Source: an uncultured Bacteroidota bacterium
Lineage (GTDB): Bacteria > Bacteroidota > Bacteroidia > Bacteroidales > WCHB1-69
NCBI GenBank assembly: GCA_902796805.1
Contig: CADBQG010000007.1
Span: forward strand, 61,256-125,255
Direction: 5' to 3'
Length of the DNA: 64,000 nucleotides
Positions 27,222-36,832 of this stretch are shown piece by piece. Position numbers and translations under genes: made by a program. Under the pieces are notes generated by a model. The model ran no database searches. It had not been told where the DNA came from and saw only the letters and a program-made list of their open reading frames with translations. Every line of letters begins with the position of its first letter. Within the stretch, counting starts at the first letter, position 1.

Positions 27222-28295
27222 TTATTTCATGAAACAAATGGATGAAGGACAGAGTCCGGCCTCGAACGAGAGCTTTTTCCGTCCGTTCCTGTCGAAACAG
27301 TAAACGTCGCCGTTGGCAGTGTAGTTGCCCACATCGGAAATCCACACATCGCCGCTGCTGGGGTTGACCTCTATCATGTACGGGGTCTTGATTTTGGTGC
27401 CGTCGGTGATGAAGCTCTCGGTCTCAAGCTCTTCTGTGGCAAGGTTCATGACTTTTATCCATGATTCCTGCGTGGAGTAGTTGTAGGAGTAGATGTAGGC
27501 CTTTTCGCCGTGGATTGCTATGTTGAGGGCCTCTATGTCGAAAGTCTTCTCCAGCTTGTCGGTGTGGCAGTTTATCTTCTGCAGTGTGAAAGGGACTGTC
27601 GAGTAGTTGCCGTTCGACACAACATAGATGTAGTCGTTGCCGTGGTTTCTGATCCGGGTGGGGTTTATTTCGACGGTGATGTCCTTTGTTACAGTAAAGC
27701 TTCCGGGATCGACAACCGACACCGTGTTGCCGTAGTTGTGGGTGTTGAGCCCTCCGGAGTTGGCCACGTAGAGTTTTCCGTTGCACGCGCAGATGCCGTC
27801 GGGGTTAGGCCCGGTGTGCAGCATTCCTTCGATGGCGAATGTGGCCGTGTCGATTTTCACGACATCGCCGTCGAAGCAGGAGATGTAGGCCTTGCCGCCG
27901 AGGAAAGCGATGTGCCGTGGCTGCTTCCCCGGGAGCGAGATTGTCTTGAGCGACTTCGCGGTGGCGGCGTTCATAACCTCTACAATATTGGAGTTGTTGA
28001 CTACGCAGTAGAGCCTGCCACCGTATCTCTGCAGGTCGTTGCCTATGTCGCCGAGCCCGCGCTTGTTCACGCTCGTGAACACGTCGTAGGTCAGAGTCTT
28101 CTTGTCGAGGTCGTAGAACGATAGCGTGCTGTTGTTCTGGTGAAGAAGCCCTTCGTTGAGGATGAAGACCCCGTTGGAGAAGGCCGACTGCGAAGGCTTT
28201 GCAGGCTCGCGGCCGCATGATGCAAGGCACAGCGCGACCGCCGCCACCAGTGTGAGTCTTCGCGCACTTTTCCTGAAAAAATCAAATGACAGCAT
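27222..28295 (-). CDS. Beta-propeller (YncE-like) surface lipoprotein, BtuG-like by context
   Basis: Start at MLSFDFF. Lipobox CLASCG. Repeated blade motifs LYCVVNNSNIVEVMN, AYISCFDGDVVKID, LYVANSGG, YIYVVSNGNY, VWISDVGNY. Only 4 nt separate it from the downstream gene. Confidence 0.7.
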   Translation of the reverse strand: MLSFDFFRKSARRLTLVAAVALCLASCGREPAKPSQSAFSNGVFILNEGLLHQNNSTLSFYDLDKKTLTYDVFTSVNKRGLGDIGNDLQRYGGRLYCVVNNSNIVEVMNAATAKSLKTISLPGKQPRHIAFLGGKAYISCFDGDVVKIDTATFAIEGMLHTGPNPDGICACNGKLYVANSGGLNTHNYGNTVSVVDPGSFTVTKDITVEINPTRIRNHGNDYIYVVSNGNYSTVPFTLQKINCHTDKLEKTFDIEALNIAIHGEKAYIYSYNYSTQESWIKVMNLATEELETESFITDGTKIKTPYMIEVNPSSGDVWISDVGNYTANGDVYCFDRNGRKKLSFEAGLCPSSICFMK

Positions 28296-28379
28296 ATTCA
28301 AAGCTTTTTTTGTTAAAAATTGCTCCGGAATGACTTGCTGCCCAAATGTGTGATAACCTTCCACGTGAAATCAGCCTAC

Positions 28380-28560
28380 CTCCCGAAGCGATGACATCGG
28401 CTCAGCGGCAGGTTTTCTGACTCGTTCCGGGCACGGCGTCTTCCCATCGAATGACAGTGACTTTCAGGCCGTCCCATGGTGTGGAACTCACAGCAGCGGG
28501 TACTGTACAGGATTCGCACCTGTTTCCCTCTCAGGACTCAAATCGTCCTTCACCGCTTTG
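28380..28560 (-). promoter_or_regulatory. Cobalamin (B12) riboswitch aptamer
   Basis: Minus strand reads GAGAGGGAAACAGGTGCGAATCCTGTACAGTACCCGCTGCTGTGAG ... GTCACTGTCATTCGATGGGAAGACG ... GAGTCAGAAAACCTGCCG. The last segment is the B12 box (plus-strand 28407-28422). All hallmark blocks are in the correct order. Confidence 0.88.
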
Positions 28561-28566
28561 CGGCTG

Positions 28567-28574
28567 CAAAATTA
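28567..28574 (-). promoter_or_regulatory. Bacteroidota -7 promoter box (TAATTTTG on minus strand)
   Basis: caaaatta on the plus strand, immediately upstream of the riboswitch. Confidence 0.45.
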
Positions 28575-28657
28575 CTATATTTTCTTTAACTTCCGGCATT
28601 TTCTTACTTTTTTATTTCCTAAATTCAGGATTGTTCTGAGGAAAGTGTAAAAAATGC

Positions 28658-28665
28658 TATCTTTG
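28658..28665 (+). promoter_or_regulatory. Bacteroidota -7 promoter box (TATCTTTG)
   Basis: 18 nt upstream of the ATG at 28683. Divergent from the riboswitch promoter. Confidence 0.45.
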
Positions 28666-28682
28666 CACAAATAATTATTGTT

Positions 28683-29627
28683 ATGGGAAGACATGTTACA
28701 ACAGCGGTTTTTATGGTCTCTTTCATTTTCCTTGCCGCAAATTCGTATGCGCAGCGTGAGAAAATCGGCGAGGCGGTAACATACTATGACACAACTTGGT
28801 ACGACCGGGGTTTCGACTTCCATATAGGTGGCGGAGTGTTCTTCGGGAGCAAGATAAACGCCCTCTATTATAACGGAAGCAAAGAGAATGAATGCAATCT
28901 CAACTATCTGCTGACCAACCAATATCGCATGGAAGAGATAAAGAGGGCGGTGGTTCAGATATATCCACATGTGAGCCAGAGTGACGAACTAGGCTACCGC
29001 GAGGAGGATCTTAACTGGAACCCGAGATACAATGTGAGTGCGCTCATCAGCCTCGGTATCAGGTGGAAGATAAGGAAAAACTGGGGAGTATCGCTCTCTT
29101 ACGCGTTCTCGAGGATGACTGTGACTAACCGACTTCTGCTCACCTACACCTCTGTTTCGGGCAACAACGTGCGCGCCCCGGAACTTACACTTTTCGGCAA
29201 GGAGGACCGCTCCATGATAGATCTGTCGCTTTCATACTTGTTCAGCCAGACGCACAAGATAGTGAAACCTTTTGTAGAGGTGGGTGTGCAGTTCAACTAC
29301 CAGAAACTCAAGAGTTTTGATGCAATACTGTTGGATGATAAGAAAAACGAGGTACTGAAGCTCTCGCTAATCGACAGGTACGGCGCACCCTATGTGCCAG
29401 GCGTTGACCAGTATGACAACGGCTATATTTTCGGCGGTCCCGGCGTGGGGTTTTCGTTCTCTGCCGGACTGAAGTTTGTGGTCAACAAGTTCGTCTCCAT
29501 CGACCCGGCTTTCTACGGCTGCTACAGCTATCTTAACCTCAAGGCGTTGGGCGACAGGCAGTTCTCTTTCAACTACGGGGCTATGGTGCGAGTTGTCATG
29601 AATGATTTCTTTTTTCAGAACAGATAA
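28683..29627 (+). CDS. Putative outer-membrane beta-barrel protein (hypothetical)
   Basis: Signal peptide ...FLAANSYAQ, alternating hydrophobic beta-strand pattern, aromatic-rich C-terminus. Confidence 0.5.
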   Translation: MGRHVTTAVFMVSFIFLAANSYAQREKIGEAVTYYDTTWYDRGFDFHIGGGVFFGSKINALYYNGSKENECNLNYLLTNQYRMEEIKRAVVQIYPHVSQSDELGYREEDLNWNPRYNVSALISLGIRWKIRKNWGVSLSYAFSRMTVTNRLLLTYTSVSGNNVRAPELTLFGKEDRSMIDLSLSYLFSQTHKIVKPFVEVGVQFNYQKLKSFDAILLDDKKNEVLKLSLIDRYGAPYVPGVDQYDNGYIFGGPGVGFSFSAGLKFVVNKFVSIDPAFYGCYSYLNLKALGDRQFSFNYGAMVRVVMNDFFFQNR

Positions 29628-29639
29628 TGATTTTGCAAT

Positions 29640-30398
29640 ATGGACAATGAAACCTTGAGACTGATAGACAGACATGCGAGCGTGCGCGAATATCTCGACA
29701 AACCTGTGGAGGATGCCGTACTCGACAAGATACTGAAGGCTGCGTGCAACGGATCCACTATGGGCAACATGCAGCTTTTCAGCATAATTGTTACCCGCGA
29801 CAGGGGCATGAAGGAGAAGATGGCACCGTTCCACTTCAACCAGCCTATGGCCACTGCTGCGCCGGTGATTCTGACGTTCTGCGCCGATTTCCACCGCTTC
29901 AACAGGTATTGCGAGTGTCGCAATGCCAACAGCCAGGCCTACAGCAATATGCAGGCCTACCACTGGGCGACTGCCGACGCCATGATCGCCGCCCAGAACG
30001 CATGTGTGGCAGCTGAATCTCTCGGGCTCGGGATATGCTGGCTCGGAACCATAATCTTCAACGCGCACGAGTTTGTGAAGGCGCTTGAGCTTCCGAAACA
30101 CGTAGTACCCGTGGCCTGCATCGCCATGGGCTACCCGGCCGCCAAGCCTGAGCCGGCGGCAAAACTCAATTTTAGCGACTTGGTGCACTGCGAGACATAT
30201 AAAGATTACTCTGATGAACGGATAGATGACGTTTACAGGGATAAAGAACAGTCGGCCGAAACAGCAAGGGTGCTCGCAGAGAATCCTGACCTTGAGAACG
30301 TGGCCCAGGTAATCACGCAACGCCGCTACAAGCAGGACGACAATGAGTATTTTTCGGATATTCTGATGAAAACACTTAAGGACCAAGGCTTTGTCTGA
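29640..30398 (+). CDS. Nitroreductase family NAD(P)H-dependent oxidoreductase (NfsA-like)
   Basis: RHASVREY, QLFSIIVTRD and ESLGLGICWLG motifs. Confidence 0.8.
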   Translation: MDNETLRLIDRHASVREYLDKPVEDAVLDKILKAACNGSTMGNMQLFSIIVTRDRGMKEKMAPFHFNQPMATAAPVILTFCADFHRFNRYCECRNANSQAYSNMQAYHWATADAMIAAQNACVAAESLGLGICWLGTIIFNAHEFVKALELPKHVVPVACIAMGYPAAKPEPAAKLNFSDLVHCETYKDYSDERIDDVYRDKEQSAETARVLAENPDLENVAQVITQRRYKQDDNEYFSDILMKTLKDQGFV

Positions 30399-30451
30399 AT
30401 CTTTAATATAACATCACCATGGTTTTTTTTTCAAGCATAGCAAAGAAACGA

Positions 30452-33076
30452 ATGCGTAGTTTGAACGTCGCACCATCTTTGTGCCTCTCCATGTTTCTTG
30501 TATGTCTCCTGTTCACAGTCTCGCTTCTTGCTGGCTGCCGGCGTTCCGGCACAAACACCGGTTACGAAAGGCGCAGTCTCAATTCCGACCACGGCTGCGT
30601 GCACAACAGCTGGGAGTTCAAATACAAGGGGAAATGGTATCCCGCGACTGTGCCGGGCAACATTCACGACGACCTTATCGCCAACGGTCTCATCGAAGAC
30701 CCGTTCATCGGCGACAACGAGCGTCTTGTGCAGTGGGTTGCTGACAGCGTGTGGGAGTACAGGGTGATGTTCGATAAGAATTGCAGTGGCGGCAAGTCTT
30801 TCAGGAACAGCAGTCTTGTTTTTGAGGGACTCGACTCCTACGCCGAAGTCTTCCTGAACGGCCAGTTGTTGACGACTTCATCGGGCGATACGCTAACTTG
30901 CAATATGTTCCGTAAGTGGATTTTTCCTCTTCCCGACAATCTGAATGAGAAATCCAATGAACTGACAGTTCGTTTCCACCCATCTTCTCTGCATGACAGC
31001 CTCGAAGCATCAAAACTACCTTATAAATTGCCGGATAACAGAGTGCTTACTCGTAAAGCCCAATATCAGAACGGGTGGGACTGGGGTCCCAAGCTCAACA
31101 CTTGTGGAATTTGGAAAAATGCCTATATAGAAAGTTGGAATGATTTGAAAATCAACGGTTTTTATGTTTCAGATATTGAGACTTCCGATAATTCCTCACG
31201 TCCTTGGATCTGTCAGGTCGAGGTTGATGTGGAGGCCGACAAGTTCCTATCATCTGAACTGTTGCTTGAGATAACCGACGAGGACGGATATTCGCAGTCC
31301 ATAAGGAAAAAGATAGACCTTCGTCAGGGCGGCAACGTGGTGAAGATTCCAGTAACAATAGAGAACCCGCGGCTTTGGTGGCCAAACGGCAGCGGCGGGC
31401 AGCATCTCTACTATTTTTCGCTTTCAACCGTTGGAGGTGATTCTGAGCCGAACGTGCCAATGGTCAAGGCGCACGGACTGAGGACAGTGCGCCTCGAGCA
31501 AAATCCTGACAGCATAGGCGAGTCTTTTCGGTTCTATGTAAACGGAAAGCCGATATTCATGCGTGGAATGAACTGGATACCGGCATCGTCGTATCCGGGC
31601 ACACTTGCGAGAAGCGCCGGCGATGACGTGTACAGGGAACTCCTCGAGCGTTGTTCGGAAGCAAACATGAACATGATTCGGGTGTGGGGCGGCGGAATCT
31701 ACGAGCATGACTCGTTCTATGACATCTGTGACAGGTTGGGTATATTAGTGTGGCAGGACTTCATGTTCGCGTGCAACATATATCCTTGTGTTCCCGGATT
31801 TGTTGACAATGTAGCCGTTGAGGCCGAGGAACAGGTGAAGCGTCTGCGCGACCACGCCTGCATTGCCGTTTTCTGCGGCAACAACGAGGTTCACAACGGT
31901 CTTGAAGACTGGGGCTGGCAGAAGCAGTTCGGATATTCCGACCGCCAGTATGCGGCCTTCTACGCCGACTACGACAAGCTGTTCAACAAGATTCTTCCCG
32001 AGAAATGCAGGAAATTTTCACCGCCAACGCCTTATGTGCACTCCTCGCCGACCTACGGTTGGGGACACGACGAATGCACTACCCACGGCTGCAGCCACTA
32101 TTGGGGCGTGTGGTGGGGAGAACTTCCATTCGAGGTTTGGAAAGAAAAGACAGGAAGGTTCATGACGGAGTACGGCTTCCAGTCGTATCCCGAAATGAGC
32201 ACGATGAAGTCATTTTCAAGTAACGGCTCATACAATCTCGACTCTCCAGGGATGAGAAACCACCAGAAGCACTCGCGCGGGGTGCAGATCATCTCCAAGG
32301 CAATAGAAGACCTCTACGGCGGTTTCAACGCCGGCGACATAGCGAGGTTCTCGCTTCTCAGCCAGTTGACGCAGGCCGACGGCATCGCCCAAGCCGTGGA
32401 AACTCACCGGATACAGCGCCAAAGGTGCAGCGGAACGCTTGTCTGGCAGCTCAACGACTGCTGGCCGGTGGCCTCGTGGAGCTGCATCGACTATTTCGGG
32501 CGTCCCAAGGCGCTCTATTACAGACTGCCCGCACTCTTTGCAAACGTCACCATAGCTTCTCAAAAGAGCGCTGACGGTGATATTGAGATTTTCCTGATCA
32601 ACGACAGTTTTTCGGAGACGTCGGGTGTTCTGAAGTGGTACATTGCCGGCAATGATGACGGACGTGTAGTCGACTCAACAGTTGTGCAGGTTTCAGTGCT
32701 GCCTTACAGTTCCAGTAAGGTTTCCGTTTGCCCCTTCCCTGAAGTCAGGCAAAACGCCGGCAAATACCATGTCTATGTTGAGTATAATTCCAATAACGGG
32801 GCAAGAAAAGAGTACCTGACCTATTTCGTGAAGCCCAGGGCTCTTATCCATGCCAGCCAGCCTGTGACGGTCAAAGCCGACTATTTCGATCATCATGCAG
32901 AACTGAGGATTTCCTCGAAGTCGTTGCAGAAAGGTGTGTTTGTTGAAGAGACCGGCGGCGCCGACGTGGTTTTCTCCGACAACTACTTCGATTTGCGTCC
33001 GGGAGTCGAGAAGGTAGTGCGCGTTGATTATCCGAATCTCGACAGAAGGCCTTCATTCTCTGTGAGAAAATTTTAG
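30452..33076 (+). CDS. GH2 beta-mannosidase lipoprotein
   Basis: Lipobox LLAGC. N-terminus WEFKYKGKWYPATVPGNIHDDLIANGLIEDPFIGDNE, catalytic region NMIRVWGGGIYE and FMTEYGFQS. The start (30419 or 30452) is ambiguous. Confidence 0.85.
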   Translation: MRSLNVAPSLCLSMFLVCLLFTVSLLAGCRRSGTNTGYERRSLNSDHGCVHNSWEFKYKGKWYPATVPGNIHDDLIANGLIEDPFIGDNERLVQWVADSVWEYRVMFDKNCSGGKSFRNSSLVFEGLDSYAEVFLNGQLLTTSSGDTLTCNMFRKWIFPLPDNLNEKSNELTVRFHPSSLHDSLEASKLPYKLPDNRVLTRKAQYQNGWDWGPKLNTCGIWKNAYIESWNDLKINGFYVSDIETSDNSSRPWICQVEVDVEADKFLSSELLLEITDEDGYSQSIRKKIDLRQGGNVVKIPVTIENPRLWWPNGSGGQHLYYFSLSTVGGDSEPNVPMVKAHGLRTVRLEQNPDSIGESFRFYVNGKPIFMRGMNWIPASSYPGTLARSAGDDVYRELLERCSEANMNMIRVWGGGIYEHDSFYDICDRLGILVWQDFMFACNIYPCVPGFVDNVAVEAEEQVKRLRDHACIAVFCGNNEVHNGLEDWGWQKQFGYSDRQYAAFYADYDKLFNKILPEKCRKFSPPTPYVHSSPTYGWGHDECTTHGCSHYWGVWWGELPFEVWKEKTGRFMTEYGFQSYPEMSTMKSFSSNGSYNLDSPGMRNHQKHSRGVQIISKAIEDLYGGFNAGDIARFSLLSQLTQADGIAQAVETHRIQRQRCSGTLVWQLNDCWPVASWSCIDYFGRPKALYYRLPALFANVTIASQKSADGDIEIFLINDSFSETSGVLKWYIAGNDDGRVVDSTVVQVSVLPYSSSKVSVCPFPEVRQNAGKYHVYVEYNSNNGARKEYLTYFVKPRALIHASQPVTVKADYFDHHAELRISSKSLQKGVFVEETGGADVVFSDNYFDLRPGVEKVVRVDYPNLDRRPSFSVRKF

Positions 33077-33095
33077 TTCGAAACGGGATAGCCTG

Positions 33096-34295
33096 TCATG
33101 CTTTCTTTCTCCCGAAATAGTAGTAGAGTGCTATTGTCAAAGAGGAGACAATATACGACACGCTGTTGACAATGCAGGCTCCATCGACCTGCATTCTCGG
33201 TATCAGCACGAATGAGAGCGCAACAGTGAAGGCCACCCCTACGGCCGACTTTGCAATCAGAATGTTGAGTTGTCGGGTGGCAGACAGGAAGTTGCCGATC
33301 ACGTTTGAGAAGGCTATGGCGAGTATTCCCGGCGCCAGCAGCATGACAACGCGCCCAACATTGCTGAAAGCCTCGCCGAACACGAAAGCGAAGAGCCGCC
33401 CGGGAAGCATGACGACGGCCACAACGCAAATTGCGGAGATTCCGAGGCTCAGCAACGCTATCTTGGTGGTTTCCCTGCGCGTTGACACAGTGTCGCCTGC
33501 CTTCAGTACGTTCGAGAACTGCACCATCGACATGCTGCGGCTCACTATCCAGATGGCCTCGGCTAATGTGACGCCGATGGAGAAAACGCCGACGGAACCA
33601 CGCCCGATGAAAATGTCGAGCATGTAATAGGTGAGCCTGTAGTTCACGAACTGCAGCAGACTGCTTAACTCCGTCTTCCAGCCGAACGAGAACATCTCCT
33701 TTGTGGCCTGAAAGTCAAGGTCCCACTTGTTGTAAATTCCATTCTTGCGCCGTAAATGTCTGCAAACAAGAAGCAACACAGCTAAAGAGCAGAGCAGTCC
33801 GAAAAAATAGCTGAAATATCCCATGCCGGGAAATGCTGTCTTGAAAAGCAGCATGAAAGTGATCAACAGCGCCGGCTGGAGAATTGTTACGAGGTTGTAG
33901 TGCCCTATCTTCTGGCCGCCGATGAAGAGCGAGTTGTTGAAGGCGACTATCCCGCTCATTGCAGAGGCAAAGAACAGGAGCGGGGCGAGCTTTGTCTCTC
34001 CGGCAAGGAGCAGCGCAAGTCCTCCGGCCGCCGAGACTATGAAGGTCCAGAGGTATGCGGTTGTGGCTATTTTAGACTTTCCCATCCTCGAGAAGAAGTA
34101 CGACACGCTGCTTCCTGTGAAGACGTTGGCGAAGATGTTGACCATGCTGAGGTCTGCCACAAAGATGGCTATTGAGCCGCGTCCGGTGTCGCCCCAGAAG
34201 TGCGTGGTCATCACCACCACCGCGAAATTCAGCAGCAGGATGAGCGATTTGCTCATGATTGTCCCCGTGATGTCTCTTTTAAGGTTTATACCCAT
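33096..34295 (-). CDS. Polysaccharide biosynthesis/oligosaccharide flippase (MOP/Wzx-like)
   Basis: About 12 TM segments with Wzx-like topology. 10-nt overlap with the upstream glycosyltransferase. Confidence 0.7.
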   Translation of the reverse strand: MGINLKRDITGTIMSKSLILLLNFAVVVMTTHFWGDTGRGSIAIFVADLSMVNIFANVFTGSSVSYFFSRMGKSKIATTAYLWTFIVSAAGGLALLLAGETKLAPLLFFASAMSGIVAFNNSLFIGGQKIGHYNLVTILQPALLITFMLLFKTAFPGMGYFSYFFGLLCSLAVLLLVCRHLRRKNGIYNKWDLDFQATKEMFSFGWKTELSSLLQFVNYRLTYYMLDIFIGRGSVGVFSIGVTLAEAIWIVSRSMSMVQFSNVLKAGDTVSTRRETTKIALLSLGISAICVVAVVMLPGRLFAFVFGEAFSNVGRVVMLLAPGILAIAFSNVIGNFLSATRQLNILIAKSAVGVAFTVALSFVLIPRMQVDGACIVNSVSYIVSSLTIALYYYFGRKKA

Positions 34296-35401
34296 AGCGA
34301 TTCTACAAACTCTGTGAAATCTTGTTTTACTGCATTCCAGTTGTACTTTTCTTCAGCCAGTCTGCGGGCGTTTGCCGCATGTTCACGGTATTTTGCGGGG
34401 TTATGGATGTACTCTTCTATAATTGACACTATGGTCTCATAGTCGTCGGGGCGCGCTATAAGGCCGCATTGAAGCACTTCCGGGTATTCTTTCCTCACAG
34501 CCTTCAGGTCAGAGTATATCACAGGACGCTGCATCGCCATGTAGTAGAAGAGTTTTATTGGCAGGCAGCGTGTGTTCTCGAAGTCAACGGTGCGAAGGTC
34601 GAGGAACAGATCGCTGCCTGTGGCGACACGGCAGAACTCCTCGAACGGAAGCCAACTCTTGAACGATATTTCCAGATTTTCGGGTTTCTGCACGATTGAG
34701 GGAATTTTGCCGTTTGTGACAACATCGAGGACAACCTGTATGGCAGCGTTGCGTTTCGCCACCAACTTCGCGACCTCAAGCACGTTTGGAAATCCTTTCT
34801 CCTCGGTAGTGTCGCCGGCGTAGAACAGCCGCACTGTGTTTTCTATATTGCCAACTTCAATTGGCTTGATATATTGTAGGTCAGGGTAGTAGGGCAGCAT
34901 TACAAACGGCTTCCAGGGAAACAGGATTCTGAAAGGCCGTGCCTTGTATTTTTCCCCAAAGACAAAGCCGTCGGTGCTGAGGTTGACCGTCCAGTTGGCG
35001 AGTGCGAGAGCGATGAATTTCAGACACTTCTTTACAAGATTGAGGCCGTTGAGGTTCTTTTTCGACGGGTACCATTCGGTTATGTCGTGGATTATCTTTA
35101 ACCTTTTGTTGTTTTTCTTCAGTTTTCTGGCGCAATTCACGGCCACGGGCGTGTCGCAGATGATGATGTCGGGATTGAGGTTTTCGAGAGTCTTGGTGTA
35201 AAGTTTGATTTTCTCGCAGAGACTTGTGTTATTTGTGGGTATGAGGGTCATGCGGTCGTTTGTGATGAAGTTTGCGCTGCTTGCAACCACATGTACAGTG
35301 TGGCCCAGACCGAGCAGAGTCTTGGCTTGGTGGTGCCACACACGGTCGTCGTCGGCGGCGTGCGCCGTCTGGAGAAACATAATATTCAAAGGTTCCATCA
35401 A
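34286..35401 (-). CDS. Glycosyltransferase (GT-B fold, GT4-like)
   Basis: N-terminus IMFLQTAHAADDDRVWHHQAKTL and a C-terminal GT1/GT4-type nucleotide-sugar domain. Confidence 0.65.
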   Translation of the reverse strand: MMEPLNIMFLQTAHAADDDRVWHHQAKTLLGLGHTVHVVASSANFITNDRMTLIPTNNTSLCEKIKLYTKTLENLNPDIIICDTPVAVNCARKLKKNNKRLKIIHDITEWYPSKKNLNGLNLVKKCLKFIALALANWTVNLSTDGFVFGEKYKARPFRILFPWKPFVMLPYYPDLQYIKPIEVGNIENTVRLFYAGDTTEEKGFPNVLEVAKLVAKRNAAIQVVLDVVTNGKIPSIVQKPENLEISFKSWLPFEEFCRVATGSDLFLDLRTVDFENTRCLPIKLFYYMAMQRPVIYSDLKAVRKEYPEVLQCGLIARPDDYETIVSIIEEYIHNPAKYREHAANARRLAEEKYNWNAVKQDFTEFVESLWV

Positions 35402-35424
35402 AACGCCTAACGAATTTTATCCTG

Positions 35425-35432
35425 CAAAAGTA
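35425..35432 (-). promoter_or_regulatory. Bacteroidota -7 promoter box (TACTTTTG on minus strand)
   Basis: caaaagta on the plus strand, 24 nt upstream of the start at 35401. Confidence 0.4.
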
Positions 35433-35484
35433 CAAATTCCTTGGAAATAGTCGCTGCCGGCTTCAGGTTTCTGTGAAAAAAGAT

Positions 35485-35492
35485 TATCTTTG
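35485..35492 (+). promoter_or_regulatory. Bacteroidota -7 promoter box (TATCTTTG)
   Basis: 21 nt upstream of the ATG at 35513. Confidence 0.45.
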
Positions 35493-35512
35493 CAGCCTGA
35501 AATAAGACAAAT

Positions 35513-36427
35513 ATGACACGTTCCTGCATTTTTGGCCTTGCAATGTTGCTGTTACTCTCCGCCTGTCAGCGCGAGATAGACATGAAACTGCCTGACTACG
35601 GGCCGAAGCTTGTGGTTGAAGGCACTATAGAGACGGGCTCGCCGGCGATGGTGATGCTCTCGCGGAGCGTGCCGTATTTCTCCGAGATCAGCCTCAACAC
35701 GCTTGTGAACGACATTCTTGTGAACGACAAGGCGGCACAGGTCTATCTTACTTCAGAAGACGGCGAGGAGGAACAGCTCGTTTTCAAGATAACACCCGAT
35801 GCACCGTATTATGTTGCCTTCTGCGGCAGCAAGATCATCGGGAAGGAGAACACCCGTTACACTCTCAGGGTTGTTTACGACGGTAAGACATACGAGGCTG
35901 AGACGTCCATTCCCAAGACTTTCGACCTCGACTCGGCGGGTTTCGACCGTTCCGCGGAAATTCTGAACGACACCATGGCAACCATACGTGTGCTGATGAA
36001 GGATGCCGCCGACGAGGTGAATTATTATGCCTTTTTCTGCCAGGTGCATTGTCCGACCCTTCACGACAGGCTGTGGGTGAGCATGTTGCCGGTGGCTTTC
36101 GACGACCGCGCCTTCAACGGCCAGCAGTTCAACTACGAGATCACCCGCTACGGATATTCTTTGCTGATGCGCAACATCCTCGACAAGGAAGCGCAGAAGA
36201 ACTTCTCCCGCATCACCTTCCGCCCAGGCGATACCGTTTATCTCAAGCACTCGCAGGTTGACTACCACACATACAGGTACCTTTCGACCGCCGGTACCGA
36301 GGCCGCGCTCGGGAGCAACCCTTTCATGCCACCGAGCCCCGCAGTCACCAACTTCAACAGCGACGAGGTGCTTGGTCATTGGAGCGGCTTCGCCTCGAAG
36401 ACCGACACCCTGATATGGCACAAGTGA
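35513..36427 (+). CDS. DUF4249 family lipoprotein (orphan copy)
   Basis: Lipobox LLSACQ. Overall similarity of layout to 18459..19391. C-terminal motif VLGHWSGFAS. Confidence 0.6.
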   Translation: MTRSCIFGLAMLLLLSACQREIDMKLPDYGPKLVVEGTIETGSPAMVMLSRSVPYFSEISLNTLVNDILVNDKAAQVYLTSEDGEEEQLVFKITPDAPYYVAFCGSKIIGKENTRYTLRVVYDGKTYEAETSIPKTFDLDSAGFDRSAEILNDTMATIRVLMKDAADEVNYYAFFCQVHCPTLHDRLWVSMLPVAFDDRAFNGQQFNYEITRYGYSLLMRNILDKEAQKNFSRITFRPGDTVYLKHSQVDYHTYRYLSTAGTEAALGSNPFMPPSPAVTNFNSDEVLGHWSGFASKTDTLIWHK

Positions 36428-36832
36428 CAGCGCGAATCATCGCGCCCTTGTCTTGCATTGACATTGGAAATCAGTGATTGGGTTGGTATCCAGTGGATTG
36501 TCCGCTTATTGTTTCAGACGCAGAGCTGAAGACCTCGATAGAAAAACAACAACGATCTTTTCAGGTAACGAAAGGTTTTGTCGGGCAAGGGATATTTTTC
36601 TTCAAAACCTATGAGGAAATTTGTTGTTTTTGCGCGCCTTTTTGATGATATTAAAGATGTTAGAAGATTGCCAAGATTTGCTTCTCCGAGCATTTCCCGG
36701 ATCCTGCTCAGCGGTGATGCGGATTTTGGGTGTTTTCGGATGAGTTAAGAGCATCGTGTCCGGTAGGTGTCATTACAGAAGTATGTTTTGATTCCTGCCG
36801 TTTTTTTGTTGCTGATTTTTAGAACTCAGAAC

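Noticed and set aside
29367-30386. 339-aa ORF antisense to the nitroreductase gene
   Set aside because: The sense strand encodes a recognisable nitroreductase. The antisense product has no signal, motif or plausible start context.
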